Source: Eledone cirrhosa (lineage: Eukaryota). From it: a stretch of DNA of 64,000 nt. Positions 14,371-28,664 of the stretch are shown one piece after another (the stretch's first letter is position 1; each line of letters begins with the position of its first letter). The position numbers were made by a program, and so were the translations under genes. The stretch is taken from NCBI GenBank assembly GCA_964016885.1, contig OZ024741.1, forward strand, positions 66,898,001-66,962,000. The letters are read 5' to 3'. The notes under the pieces were generated by a model. That model had not been told where the DNA came from and searched no databases. It saw only the letters and a list, made by a program, of their open reading frames with translations.

Positions 14371-15035
14371 TTTTGTTTATCGTGAACTCGTGCGCCGATT
14401 TTTCGATACTCTATTATTCTACTATATTTAGCTCTAGACCTAGCTATTTACCAGTTAATTTTATTGTTCATTTTTTGTCGATTCTATTAAATGATGAATA
14501 GCTCCTGTTTATTTTAACATGTCTATTGAGCACTCTTATTCGATATGTGTATTTCGACATTTTCCCGAATATTTTTCGCGGATATAGAGGTTATCTCCCT
14601 TGTTGAATTCCATGTGCGTATTTAGCCTGGGTTATGCCTTTTCATTCGTTTGGACAAAGCTCGTTGAGGAAGTAAACTCCCGTCCGCTGACACCTAGAAG
14701 TCTTATATATTTTTATGTGAGCTGATAGAGGACAGTTTAAGGATTTACAGAAACCCAAGAAGCTAGATTTACCATCTTTCTAGCGGGTCCGGGTATGCTT
14801 TTTACATTCATTTGATTTATTGATTTATTGATTTTTTATCTGAGTGTCCCGAATCTTCCAGATCGCAATTTTTCGGTTGTATGGTTGATTATAGACTTGT
14901 TCTATGTGTGACGGTATTTTAACGATAGTTATAGCTCTGATTTATCTAAATTATTGAGCCCTCTGCCGCTCATATCGAATTTTGTTTATCGTGAACTCGT
15001 GCGCCGATTTTTCGATACTCGATTATTCTACTATA
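14371..15035. mobile_element. Non-coding dispersed repeat with ~55-bp terminal direct repeats (pLTR-like); diverged inverted copy at 27345..27853
   Basis: ttttgtttatcgtgaactcgtgcgccgatttttcgatactc occurs at ~14371 and ~14979. Its reverse complement (gagtatcgaaaaatcggcgcacgagttcacg) is at ~27355. Confidence 0.7.
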
Positions 15036-16786
15036 TATATATTTATATAAGTATTAAGGGTACTATTTATGGTTATGTATGCAATAAAACCTTTAATGGT
15101 AATATATTATATATACACAAACCCTAAATAGTGAGATATAGTCATTAATTACTAATAATTACTAATAAAAAATCAGAAGTGTTCGCAAATTGCCAACACT
15201 GCTTCCGACACTCGTTCCAAAACTTTAAACCCTATATATAATAATGTCAGACTGGAACCGGCACCACCCCTAGCAATTAACATAAGTAGCACACCTTACA
15301 CCTCACATCCACACCCATCTCTATACTCTAAAGATAATACCGACAGCATTTTAGTACCACCTACCCTGGGAATACCCCCTTGTACCTCTAATACTGATAT
15401 CTCGACCGTGGACTACTTATTCTGCATTGCACAAATATAAGATTAGTATAATTTGGGGACACGGTACTGGTTGCGATAGCATAGTCCTGTGCATGGATTG
15501 CCACCAAGAGATAGATTGATGATTAGATAGATAATCGTATTGTTATGTGAATATATACTGTAAGCGATCAGTTCAATGAATTATGCACGTAATCATCTTG
15601 ATGTGAACTCCTTTAGTACCTATTAATAGACTCCACTCTAGCTTGTAGATGTGATACATAATTGATTTATATTTGAGACGGGGGTTGTCTATTGCTTGAT
15701 GGCCAGACTAGTGCATTTATATGAGAGATTGGATCTCCGGACCATACCGAAGATTTACTGGAGATGCAGGCATGCAATGACCCGGAGCCTACCGGGTGAC
15801 ATATATAATAGTGGGACCATACCAGGTCCTACTGTTATATTACATTTGCATGGAGCAGTGACTTGAGAGTCTGACTCCTCTTATAGAACGTTCAGATATG
15901 ACACCCCTTAATTAATGGATGGTAATCATCCTAATATATACACCCTTGTACTTCTCAATGGACAACTCTCTAACCTATAAATGGGTAACATACTCTAGAT
16001 ATTAGTTATAACTTCACATGATAGGCACGTATTTGAATCACCATTAATGTAGTTTAGGATAGTAATGTAACTAAGATAACTAGCTAGTTACCTCCCCTTA
16101 CGCATTAATTCCCCTTAGTCATACAGGCACTTCCGGAATCTGGACAGCATGATATATTAATTAAGAACCGACTGGATGCGGTTTATAGCTTGACTATATG
16201 CTGAACCACCGAGAATTATACGATAGACGCGTGTTCTCTATATATATTGCGTCTCATGGATTATGTGAGTGGTGGTGTGAGCAAGGACAGTGGTACGACC
16301 TTGCCTACGATACAATAAGGTTTATAGTATGTTGAAAGTTTTTGATATTTTGGTGTTTCCCCGCATCCGAGACTGTATATCATACAGATGTATGAGAATA
16401 AATGACTTAATAATTCAGCCTACATAATAAGATCGATTGCCAGCTTCAACTGCCTGACCCTGCAAATATCATTCTGACGCACTCTAATCATGTATAAATA
16501 AGACACGCGTGCATGCTACACGGGAGATTGTTTCATACACTGACTACTCTAAGCTTTCCTCTTGCTTTATCTTCATAAACTGCCAACGCTTCATGTTTAT
16601 CTTTATTTTCACTCTTATTTTCACTCTTGTTTTTATTTTATTATTTTTATCCTGTAACCTTTATATGTAAATTGCCATGCTATATCATTTGATGAATGTC
16701 ACCCCACTGTTGATCAATATGCGCATATGTTTTATGTGTCTCTTGGGTTGAAAAGGAGGTCAAGTATGTTATAGATCAGTAAATAG

Positions 16787-16840
16787 TTGTTCCGAAGAAT
16801 CCAAACCTCGGTTTGGAGGAAACAATTGTAAGCAAATAAA
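16787..16840 (+). ncRNA. Type-I hammerhead-like motif at a Penelope-like 3' end
   Basis: ttgtt-CCGAAGA-a-tccaaacc-tc-ggtttgga-g-GAAA-caattg-TA-agcaa, then AATAAA and a (TA)n run ~35 nt later. The core has U4->C. Confidence 0.7.
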
Positions 16841-17849
16841 TGGCTTACACTGAACTTTGATTACTGTAATCTCTATATATTTATATATATATATATATAT
16901 ATAAATATATATATATATATTTATCCTTATCGAGCCCTCTTTGGTTTTTAGTCTTCAAATTTATTATTATTACTATATATATATACAATTAACGTACTAG
17001 ATATAGCAGACAAATATCCTCTAAGAAAAGATGAACACATTCCACAAAATGGTCCTAAGTGTGCTATATCATGGCTTGAACGTGTTAAATCTACTCAATT
17101 AGAGCTAAACAACAACAAAATCAACAATAGTAGTAGTAGAAACAACAACATTAAAAATAGTCAAGTACGAAGACCTAATTCATCTGATATCGCTTCCTTT
17201 TCTCCCAGGTGTCCACTCGAGTGTCCACATAAACGAAGTGTCTAGATAAAGCCATCTAGTGTGACAAACATAAAGAATTCCTAGATACGTTTCAGTATCG
17301 GAGCTTCGTCTATTGCATTGCATTCTTCCGTATCATTCATTCTTCTGTATCATTCAACTGCACCATTATATCTATCGAGCTAATGAGAGGACCCTTCTTC
17401 CGGCCGGCCCTGAACCATTCTTGAATACCTACAAAACGCAAGTGCTCTGCAACTGCTTACATATATATCGATGGTTCTGCTACATAGAAAACATCCGAAG
17501 CACAATTCGAAAGATTCAGTGTCTTCCCTCTCACAAGCTTTGCATATGTGTATCCTGCAAATGATAACTTACGGAGCAATTTATCAGTTTTAACGGAGCA
17601 TTGATGACTGATGCTTCTTAGTAAAAAGGAAAACGACAGAAGAGCTTTATTTTATTACTATTAGTCGTAGCTCTTTTCAGGCATAATTAACCATAACTGT
17701 GATCAATGACTGTGATTATCAACAATTACATTATTCATCGTGTTCTCCTTCATTCTAAGACGATACAGTGTGATTTGACTGAAATTTGATTATTATTTAG
17801 AACTAGTCGAATACTCGCGATCCTGTGTCATCGCTCTTGTGAGGTGCAA

Positions 17850-18480
17850 TTGTGCTAGGTCAGCTTTTATCACATCAACTCAAGTCTTCCTGGGTCTTTC
17901 TACTCCATAGCTTCCGTCAACTTTAAGTGCCTTGCACCTTTTTATACAGCTGTCATCCTTCAGACGCACCACATGGTCATACCATTTTATCTGATCTCTT
18001 TCACACCCAGTTTCTTTCTCAGTGCATTTACGATTTGCCATTCATGCATATTATTACTATTAAGCATCCTTTCCAATTTCCAATTTTCACAGGTCCTCTG
18101 CACACAGCCCCCATGTCTCACTACCACGCAGTATTCGTTGTTCGTAAACAAGCATCATAAAATCTTCCTTTCATTTTGATCTAAAGACCTTTTGTAGTTA
18201 GCAGCGGTAGTAGCTCCCAGAACTTTCTCCATCCCGTTCTCACTCTAGCTACTGCACTTTCGTAACACTCACCTTCACTGCTAATTTGGTCACACAGGTA
18301 ACAGAAACGAGCTACTACTTCTACAGAGCCCTATGAGCTCATGTTACTTAATGGCACCTGTGCATTGGCTACATGTAAAACCTACGCTCTTTGTTAGTCT
18401 GGCTGAGATCTCACCACATATCTTGACAAAAGTGCTACGCAGTAAGACTGAACAAGACAAGATATGGTTACGAAGAGAAC
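17850..18480 (-). mobile_element. Decayed RTE-clade LINE 3' portion
   Basis: Minus strand gives FCYLCDQISSEGECYESAVARVRTGWRKFWELLPLLTTKG and later RPRKT*VDVIKADL. Confidence 0.75.
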
Positions 18481-18603
18481 TCCTGAACCATAAACCACAA
18501 GTGTCTCTGCTATCATACACTCTCTCTATGTCTTTCTCATTGCCTTTTTTTAACTTCTATTTCACACTCGTACACCCCCCCCCACACACATATATATATA
18601 TCT

Positions 18604-19121
<518 letters not shown>

Positions 19122-20184
19122 AACATGCATGTACATACATACGTTTATGTACATATGTATGTATGTAGATACACAAAATCTTTCGTACAGACCCACTCAT
19201 ACTCTGGTACACTAATAAGCATACACACATACATATGTATACCTCCCTCTCTTCCATTCTATCTTCCTCTTCATATCTCTCAGTCTCTTTCCTCGCCTCA
19301 ATCCTTTCGTACTCACTCTCTTTCTACCTTCTCTTAGGTCTCATTCATTGCTTCATTGTAACTATTTCTCTTTCTCTTACACACACATGCGCACGCACAC
19401 ATACACATAAACACACAAATACACGCACATATATATATATACACACACATACACACACACATACACATTTATACACAAACACACTCTATCGCGCACACAC
19501 ACACACTCTCTCTGACACATACACACACATACAGAGATACACACACACACACATATATATATACGCACATACAAACACACAGATACACACACACACACAT
19601 ATATATATATATACGAACACACTGACCAGCATAATCATACCTCTCTCTTACTCGTCCCCTCCCCCACTCTTCCTCCGCCTCTCCCCCACTATTCCTCCTA
19701 TCCCTCCCTTTTGTTTTGTCTGTCTGGCCTTGGTTCACAGATTCTCTCTCATTTTCGTTTTTAACTCCCATCGCAATTTACCGGAAATTCAGCTACCACT
19801 ATCGTTCATTAATTTGAAAATTCAATAAATGTAACACATAAACTGGTCATATTTTAATAAATCTAGCCTAATGAACCATACAGCTTATTATTGTTAACTT
19901 AATGAAAGTAGCTCGTTATGAAATCACTCTAAACTGTTCATTGTCTTCATTATATTCAATGGAGACATATTGCCGATTTTATGAACAACACATAATATTA
20001 ATGTATATAAAGCCTATATATATATTTAGATAAATGTATGTATATATAATAATGAATATATATATATATATATTTATATATACACAGGATAATATTGTTT
20101 TTTAACACTGACTCAATATTAGTGTATATAATGGAAGTATATTTAAATAAATTTATGGATATATATATTAATAAATACATATAT

Positions 20185-20572
20185 AATAATTGTTTCTACT
20201 TTTGGCACAAGGCCAGCAATTAACCAGTACATTACTGGTACTTTATTTTATCGACCCCGTAAGGATGAAAGGCAAATTTGACCTCGGCGGGATTTGAACT
20301 CAGAATAGAAAGGGCCGTAACTCTATGCGTCAAAGCATGACGTCCGACCCTCTACCGATACTGCCAATCCACATAATAATTGTTTCTACTTTAGGCACAA
20401 GGCCAGCAATTAGCCAGTACATTACTGGTACTTTATTTTATCGACCCCGTAAGGATGAAAGGCAAAGTTAACCTCGGCGGGATTTGAACTCAGACTATAA
20501 AGGGACGTAACTATGCTGGAAAGCATGGCGTCCGACCCTCTAACGATACTGCCAATTTACCACCAATCCACA
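20185..20572 (-). mobile_element. Two tandem copies of a ~190-bp tRNA-headed SINE (a third, degenerate copy follows to ~20770)
   Basis: Minus strand has A box TGGCAGTATCG, B box GAGTTCAAATCC and the core gcctttcatccttacggggtcgataaaataaagtaccag. The same family is at 25716, 33950 and 56349. Confidence 0.85.
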
Positions 20573-21019
20573 TAATAATGGTTTCTGATTTAGGCAGAAG
20601 GTCAACGACTTTTAGGGGTTGAGGAGTTGATTAAATCGACCTCAGTACATTGCTGGTACTTTATTTTATCAAACCTAGAAGGATGGAAAACAAGAGTAAC
20701 CACAGAACGCAATAAGCCGGAGCAAATACTGCTGAGCAATTGTACGACGCTAGAACAACTCTGTCAATGCATCACACTGAAATACGCATATAGTAATATT
20801 GCTTTAAATATTGCTCTATGTTTAGTATGAGTGTATGAATGATATATAGATTCCATTACTTCACAGGTATTTAATGTGTCGGCCCTGAATGTATGAAAGG
20901 TGAAATAGATTACCTTAGTGTTGTAACATTCGGAATTGTGTAGCGCTGAATCTATGTTCCTTTCATACATAATAATATTGTCTTCTAACACTAGTACTAG
21001 GTCAACTATTTTGATGGGA

Positions 21020-22021
21020 TGGGTCAATCTCTTTGATTCTGCGCTTGATGATCGTGTTAAAAGAGAGGCTGAGCTCTCAACTGATCACCATCTAGGTATC
21101 TGCAGCTTGACACTATTTAAATTCAAAGAAGCGAACAAAACAGGCAAGTCCAGGTCGATCTACAGGATAAAGTGGGAAGCGCTGGTGGATAAGGACGACA
21201 GGACCAAGTATGCAGATACAATTACATCATCATTCGGAGAACTCCCTGAGCAAACTGAGGACGTTGAAAAGGAGTGGAGATTGTTCAGTTGAGCAGTTTC
21301 TACTTAAGCTGTTAAATGCTGCGGGCGAAAAAGGATTGGTGAAGCACAGGATGACAGGAGTTTCCTTGGTTCAATCAAAAGGTTAAAGATGCCATCCAAG
21401 CAAAGAAGGAAGCCTACACAACTTGGCTTGCACTTGCGGTACAAACAAGCAAGAGGAATCGCAGTAAAGACAGTGAAGGCACCTAAAGTTAGGACATGGG
21501 AGGACTTTGGAGTTAAGCTGGAATCCGACTTCAAATCAGCAAAAAAAAAAAAAATGTTTTGGCAGACGATGCGCCGATTTCGTAATATGAAGTCATCCTC
21601 TACACCGGTCATCAGGAACGCGTTTGGGGTTATCCTCTCTTCAGAGAGTAGCATCCTGGCTAGGTGGAAAGAATACTTGCTGATCTCCGAAACCCTATCA
21701 CAACAGCATCTTCTGATGTACACGAGGTGTATCTGGGCGTGATGACTAATCTCTAGGAGACTGAGTTACCAAGAGTAGTTAAAGAGCTCGAATGTGGTAA
21801 GGCCGCCGGGGATGATGACATTCAACCCAAGATGTTAAAAACATTCAATAGAGATGGTATTCTCTGACTGACTCGTGTGAAACGGGTAGCCTGGATGTCT
21901 GGAAAGGCACCTAAGCAATGGCAATCGGGAGTGATAATCCCAATTTTCAAAAAGGGAGAAGAGAGATTGATCCAATTATAGAGGGATCTCCTTGTTAAGC
22001 ATCTCCGGTAAAGTATATGAC
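21020..22021 (+). mobile_element. Decayed RTE-clade LINE (end of APE endonuclease through start of RT)
   Basis: AELSTDHHL; KAAGDDDIQPKML; WQSGVIIPIFKKGE; NYRGISLLSISGKVY. Multiple stops and frameshifts. Confidence 0.85.
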
Positions 22022-22107
22022 TTTCTAAGATTTTATGTTCATTATATCAATCACGTACCTCCTCCTCCTCCTTCCCCCTTCCCCCTCCTCCTCATCATCA
22101 TCATTCC

Positions 22108-22165
<58 letters not shown>

Positions 22166-23539
22166 GTTTTTACACCGATCTTCTATGCTAGAAATATTGG
22201 AAGGGACGTTTTGAGGCAATGTTTCACAGCCAATCCTTTCAGTCGTTCCTTCGACACGCAGTGATACGATGAATCTATTCTAAAACGAAATACACATGCA
22301 ACTGTTATTAAAATGAGAGCTGGCACTGATATGATTAGAATTTATCACTTAGAAAGACATAACATAATACTACAGTGCCCTACCAATTATTCTAGCCATA
22401 ATAAAAATAAAACTATTTTCAACATAGAAGGGAGACATGTACACCCCAGAAGCTTCATGTCACATGAAATCTTCATAAGCTCTGGTCTGATGAATCTTTA
22501 AGCTGGGGACATACGTTAAATAGTCGATTGATACCAATGACTTTATATAACAGGTAAATATTTCATTGCCCTCAAAGGTGGAAGTATATGTAACATATAA
22601 TGCAATTCTATCATCAATTGTCCTTTGAAAGTGTTATATTAATCTAATAATGGCAAAATGCCACGCATTTAAGGAGAATGAATAGTGATTATAGTAACAT
22701 TACTACCAGGCTGATTCTAAATTTTATCGATTCTGACGAAATGAAATTCAAAGTCGGCTTCAGCGGGTTTGAATTCAGAATGTATGAGAACATAATTAAA
22801 TGCTGTGAGATATTTTACTGATTATCTACTAATTCTAAGATGGAGATTTAACAGAGTTGTTAGGCTGACATATTAAAATTCCACGGCATTTATATTGGCT
22901 CACTAAGCTCTGAGATCACATTCTACCGAGTTCGATAAATAAAATTCCAGTCTAGTACTGGGCAGATTCTTTATCTCTTTCTTTCTCTAAAAAAAATCAA
23001 ATGTGTTCCGCTTGGTGTAAAATGGCCAATAGATGCCATGTGTCAGAACAGCGTCCCTACGATTATGTCATCAGTTAAGTCATCTTCACTTTTACTTACT
23101 AATACTTAAAACTACCGCCGACCTTGGGAAAGCTAGTTGATTAACTTAATCTCAGCAATTGACAGGTTGATATTTTATCGAATACAGAAAAATGAAAGAC
23201 AAACGCGACCTCTTTGAGATATGAATTTACACGGTTAAAAAGTTACAACTTAACACAGAAGTAATACATTTATTCTGCAATTCTATCGATTCTGCTGCTA
23301 CTTATTGACCGTAAATTGTGATATTAAACATGGAATAGAATTACTGATATGGAGAAAAAATAGAGCACCAGAGTAAATGTCAAGCATTATTTAATTACAT
23401 TTTGCTTCAAATTGATTGACCTTATTCATCTTGTGTTATCTGTTGTCTTCTGCAAAATGAGAATAGCAATATTTTAGTAGTTAATTTAAATCGTGAGATA
23501 GCGTCAAAATTACTAAAATTATTTTAGAAAGACGCAGGT

Positions 23540-24546
23540 ATGACGGCCTTGGCCTCCGGTTCCCGATCTCACTAGCTTTGCCGGCGTATCTTTCGTCAGT
23601 AACCTCGTGCCGCGTCCTCGTCAGCAGGGTTCTTCAAAATACAACAGAACCCTCTGTGTTCAGAGAACGTTGAGACGTGGGACTGACTGGGACTTGGCCC
23701 AGTAGACGTCCCTCACCTTCTCCCCTTGTTGACGTCAAGTCCCCCCAACGCACTTGGGATGCCATCCAGTGCAGCCTGGCCTCAGACAGGCTCACGCGCC
23801 AGCTCGACCAGCACCGCCTTGCTTGTTTTCGTGCGGCCTCCAAATCCCACAGTGGTGCCTGGCTCCATGCCCTGCCCTCCTTTTCCACTGGTACGCAGCT
23901 AGACAATCATAGCCTGTGCATCGGCGTTTCCCTGAGGCTCGGCCTCCGGATCTGCCAGCCACACCAATGTCGCTGCGGTTCCACCGTGGACTCTTTCGGC
24001 CTCTACCCGCTTTCCTGTCGCCACAGTGCCGGCCGCATTCCACGTCATGCTGCCCTCAACGAGGTCATTAAGCATGGCTTGGACGCTGCAGACTTCCCTT
24101 CCCAGCTCGAGCTGGTGGGGCTGGATCGAGGGGACGGCAAAAGGCCAGATGGCATGACCATCTTCCCGTTCCGCGGTGGCAAACTCCTCGTCTGGGATGC
24201 CACTTGCACCGACATTTTCTGCAGCCGCAACCTGGTGCAGTCTGCGACTGACCCAGGTTCTGCTGCACGTCGGGCTGAGGGGGCCAAACTCCTCAAATAC
24301 CGGTCGCTCTCCGACAGGTTTGCGGTCGTACCCTTGGCAGTGGAGACTTCTGGTGTCCTCGGCCCCAGGGCTATCTCCTTGCTCACCACCATAGGCGCTG
24401 AGCTGGCCAGCCGCAGGTGTGAGCCCCACGAGTTGGAGTGGCTCTTCCAGCGCGTCTCCCTCGCCGTCCTCCGGGGAAACGCCTTCTCCCTTCTGTCCGC
24501 CGGGGCTGTGGATGAGCCCCATCGCGTACCGTTGTAGTTGTTGTAG
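23540..24546 (+). mobile_element. 5'-truncated CRE-like non-LTR retrotransposon (zinc motif plus restriction-like endonuclease); ORF 23677..24537
   Basis: GAWLHALP, CRCG..LSC..RHAALN, GDGKRPDG, LVWDATC, AEGAKLLKY, VPLAVETSGVLG. GC-rich island in AT-rich DNA. Confidence 0.85.
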
Positions 24547-25715
24547 AGACCCTTCTAATTAAATACCCATTCTGAATACAGAGTACAGAGTACAGAGTAT
24601 AAATAGATACAATGAAGGTTGGAGAAATTGAATGAAATTTGTTAAAAACATATTTTAGTGTTTTAATATTTCGAGTTTAAAACTTTTTATGGTGATTAGT
24701 TGGAACTTTTGCATTGTATTCTTTTTCTTTTAAATAATTCGAACAATTTAAACCGTATTTATAATTGAAGGCAGTTGGGTGACATAAACATTAGAATATT
24801 GAACTAAATTTGATATTTTAAATCCTATTGATTTTAACTTTGAATAGTATTGTATAGTTGCTTTTGTTTAACACGAGTTAAGCCTTTATTAAATTAATCT
24901 ATGATGAAAATCATTTTAAGCCACAACCACACCGTTTGCTTTTTATATGGTTCACAGCCGACGATGGTAGGGTATAATCTGGGGGAGATTTGACTGTTAT
25001 TTGTTTTGCAGTTCAAATTAAATTCTTATCTAATACAAATTCATTTTACTGGTGGTATTAAGAAGTAATCTTAAGAAACCAAAGGCGAATTTTGTAATTA
25101 ACTCTCCCCGAAAACAATTGCACAAATATATTGTTCTATCTGCGAATAATGGATAATTCGATTCGTTTATGCCATATCTTTAACAATGTTATCATAACTT
25201 TTTTAACTCCCTTTTTTCTTTTTGCAATATTAGAATACCGAGAATATATTTCAAGTGAGAAACTACAACTGTATCAATTGAGTAGAAATATGCTTCGCTT
25301 CAAATTTCCATTTCCTGAGAAAGCATTTGCTCATTAAATATTAAGCTTTCTGTATGGATGCGCGTAAACAATTATTAACTCGGCTTCGTTTCCATGTTGT
25401 TATGGCAGTAAAATTAATTATTTTCTATTTGTGGCATGACAGAGCTGTTCTTGCTGATGACGTTGATGATGTATATACAGAGGTATGTGTAGTTTTGAGT
25501 GTGTATCAGTACGTGGGTATGAGTAAGTATGTGGCAGCATGTGTATAGCGTATTTTCATTTTCATGGTCTCTAAACATCTTTTTGCCAGTCTCATGAATT
25601 TAAAACAAACTGTCAGTCTTATTTAGGTTATATAAGCCACACTCATTATATTTACATACATATTTTCCTTCGTAAAAATTATTTCTTCTAGACTCCGAGT
25701 GTCAACATAATAAAT

Positions 25716-25904
25716 AAATAATTGTTTCTACTTTTGGCACAAGGCCAGCAATTACCCAGTACATTACTGGTACTTTATTTTATTGACCCCGTAAGGATGA
25801 AAGGCAAAGTTAACCTCGGCGGGATTTGAACTCAGAATGGCAAGGGCCGTAACTCTATGCGTCAAAGCATGGTGTCCGACGCTCTACCGATACTGTCAAT
25901 CCAC
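25716..25904 (-). mobile_element. tRNA-headed SINE (same family as 20185)
   Basis: Closely matches 20185..20372. Confidence 0.85.
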
Positions 25905-26038
25905 TGATAATAAATAAATAATATTCTCTACTTTAGTATTGATCACCGGTTTGTTAACTCAAATGACGTATAGATATATATATATATATCGGTTTACGCA
26001 CGTGGTTGGTTGAAATATCTAGAATTCTAATTCTAATT

Positions 26039-26233
26039 AGGAGGTAGTGGTAGACACGACGTAATACCACTTTTGGTCGTTTGATTCGACAGTGCATTGA
26101 TAAACAATGTTGGACTCCAGGCATTTATAGAATAAATGCCAGAATAAATGCCTGGAGTCCAACATTGTTTATCAATGCACTGTCGAATCGAACGACCAAA
26201 AATGGTATTACGTCGGGTCTACTACTACCTCCT
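26039..26233. repeat. Near-perfect ~195-bp fold-back palindrome (~90-bp arms)
   Basis: aggaggtagtggtagacacgacgtaatacca...ggactccaggcatttat pairs with ataaatgcctggagtcc...tggtattacgtcgggtctactactacctcct. The centre has a small duplication (agaataaatgcc twice). Confidence 0.93.
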
Positions 26234-26981
26234 TTAAATCACGCCGGTATCGTCATCGATTTTCGATTAAACATCCTGAACACCGTTATGTAACTACACT
26301 CGCTAATAAGACCTGGCACCTCCGTGAATACAACCGGCAGTTCACCCTAAAATGGGATAAATTATCTAGCGCTAGTGCATATCGGAGTGGATTAAAATAC
26401 TGCAGATTATGCATCCTTGAACTTGTTTATATCTTAAAATCTAAATACAATTTACTAAATGACAGAATCGAACGATCGTTATACTGCAACCAGAAACTGA
26501 AGGCTAAATTTTCTCACTATAAAAGTAACTTAACATAATTTGAACCCGAGACTACTACACCACTTTCTCGCTAACTAATTTAACTCAATACTTACTTCCT
26601 AACTATACCCCGGGCCCCACACTACTAACTAGTACCTTGCTTATCGTAATAAATGGATAGTTAAGTACGATCAGCAAACTACAACTATCAACTCGGTGTA
26701 TACCGCCTTTCCTTCCCTTTCTCTTAACTTTTTCTGTCCCCCTCTCTCTCTTTCTTTCTCTCCCTTTCTCTCTCTCTCTCGCCCTCTGTCTATCTCCTTC
26801 CTTCTCCACATCTATTAAACTACTCTCTGTGGCAATAAATAATTCCAAACTTGACAATGCCTAAGTTGTCACTTTGAGAGTAAGCAGTATAATAAAACCA
26901 CTTGTTGGACCCCTATCACAACATTTAGATTAAGCTATCTGTATTATTCAAACCACTCTCCCATTTTTCCTACCCCTACAC

Positions 26982-27061
<80 letters not shown>

Positions 27062-27152
27062 CCCTCTCCCTTTCTTTCTCTCTTCCTTTTCTACTCTATC
27101 TTCCCCAATTACTCATTTTAAGAAATACAAAGAAACCATAATCCAGCCATTC

Positions 27153-27283
27153 GTTCTGAAGAATTGGTGGTATGAACAGCATTTGAAAATTGAGTATCTG
27201 CAAATAAATAACTACCAATTTGCATATATCATGACTAGGGTCTGTAACTACTAAAGAAACATTTGTAAACATTTGGAATAAAT
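27153..27283 (+). ncRNA. Type-I hammerhead-like motif with long stem II insertion
   Basis: gtt-CTGAAGA-attggtggt...(~93 nt)...actactaaa-GAAA-catttg-TA-aac, then AATAAA and a (TA)n run. Confidence 0.55.
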
Positions 27284-27344
27284 TACCTTTTTATGATGTC
27301 TACCTGTTTTATTAATCATTCTTTATATATATATATATATATAT

Positions 27345-27853
27345 TAGAAAGATCGAGTATCGAAAAATCGGCGCACGAGTTCACGAAAAACGAAATTCGA
27401 TATGAGCGGCAGAGGGCTCAATAATTCAGATGAATCAGAGCTATAACTATCGTTAAAATACCGTCACATATAGAACAAGTCTACAATCAACCATACGATT
27501 TAAAATCGATAAAGGAAGATTCGGGCCAAACAGATAAAAAATATCAATAAAACAATACGTCAATAATTTAAATGAATGTAAAATCATACCCGGACCCACT
27601 AGAAAGGTGTTAAATCTAGCTTCATGGGTTTCTGTAAATCCTTAGACTGTACTCTATCAGCTCACATATAAATATAAAAGCCTACTAGAATAAGTGGAAC
27701 GGAGTTTACGTTGTCAACGAGTTTTTTCCTGGCGGCAGAGGAGTCAACTAGCGGTGAAAAACGCACATGGCATTAGACAAGGGAGATGACCCCTATATCC
27801 GCGAAAACAATTCGAGTGAATGTGGAAATACACATATCGAATTAGAGTGCTCA
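27345..27853. mobile_element. Inverted, diverged copy of the 14371..15035 repeat, flanked by (TA)n
   Basis: Reverse-complement similarity across ~500 bp (e.g. cagagctataactatcgttaaaataccgtcac, acacatatcgaattagagtgctcaa). Confidence 0.75.
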
Positions 27854-28664
27854 AATATATATATATATATATATATATGCCGACATACAGAAATAGTTAT
27901 ATTTTTGCATGTATCTTATTATGTCTACATCAAAGTGTCATATCCACCTTGATATACCGGCAGCAAAACGATGATGTAGATTGAAACTAGTATATTAATA
28001 TAATTTACACATAACCGAATTCACATGACAAGCGATAAATTAGGAGATTTCAATATATTGACTGCAGTAAAGATATGTTATGATTTAGGTATGTATGGAT
28101 TATATAATAAAATAAGTATAAAACGCTTTTTTCCTTATAGTACGTTCGTATCCAAATAAATGTATGTTCTACTCAGTAATAATCGTTATACTTAGTCCTT
28201 TGATATTCTTTCAATTACAGAAGCTAAAAGCAAAATATGTACTGAAAAAGAAAAGTATTCTGAGAAAACGAACTGTAAAGCAAAAGAAGAAAAATAGGGA
28301 AAATAATAATATTAATTAATATATATGATTGATCATATAAAATTTAGTTACTCTACATATAATCCAGAAATACAATTAATTCTCATTGTGATTGCTTTTG
28401 GAAAATAGGAATGGTTCAACGATTCGTGTGTCATGACAACGACTGCTATATTATTTTGTTCATTATTCCATTTGGGAAGGACAATGAGCACTTAATTTTC
28501 TTATGTTCCAGCTGGTCCAAGCTAATTTTATTGATATAAATTGGCAGGGAAATCGTTTAACACATCTCCCGTTAGGTATTTTCAATTCCCTTCCATATTT
28601 CTCTATTATTCAAGTTTATTTATATCCATACACTTCGACAGTGACGCGCACTCACATTAATGGA

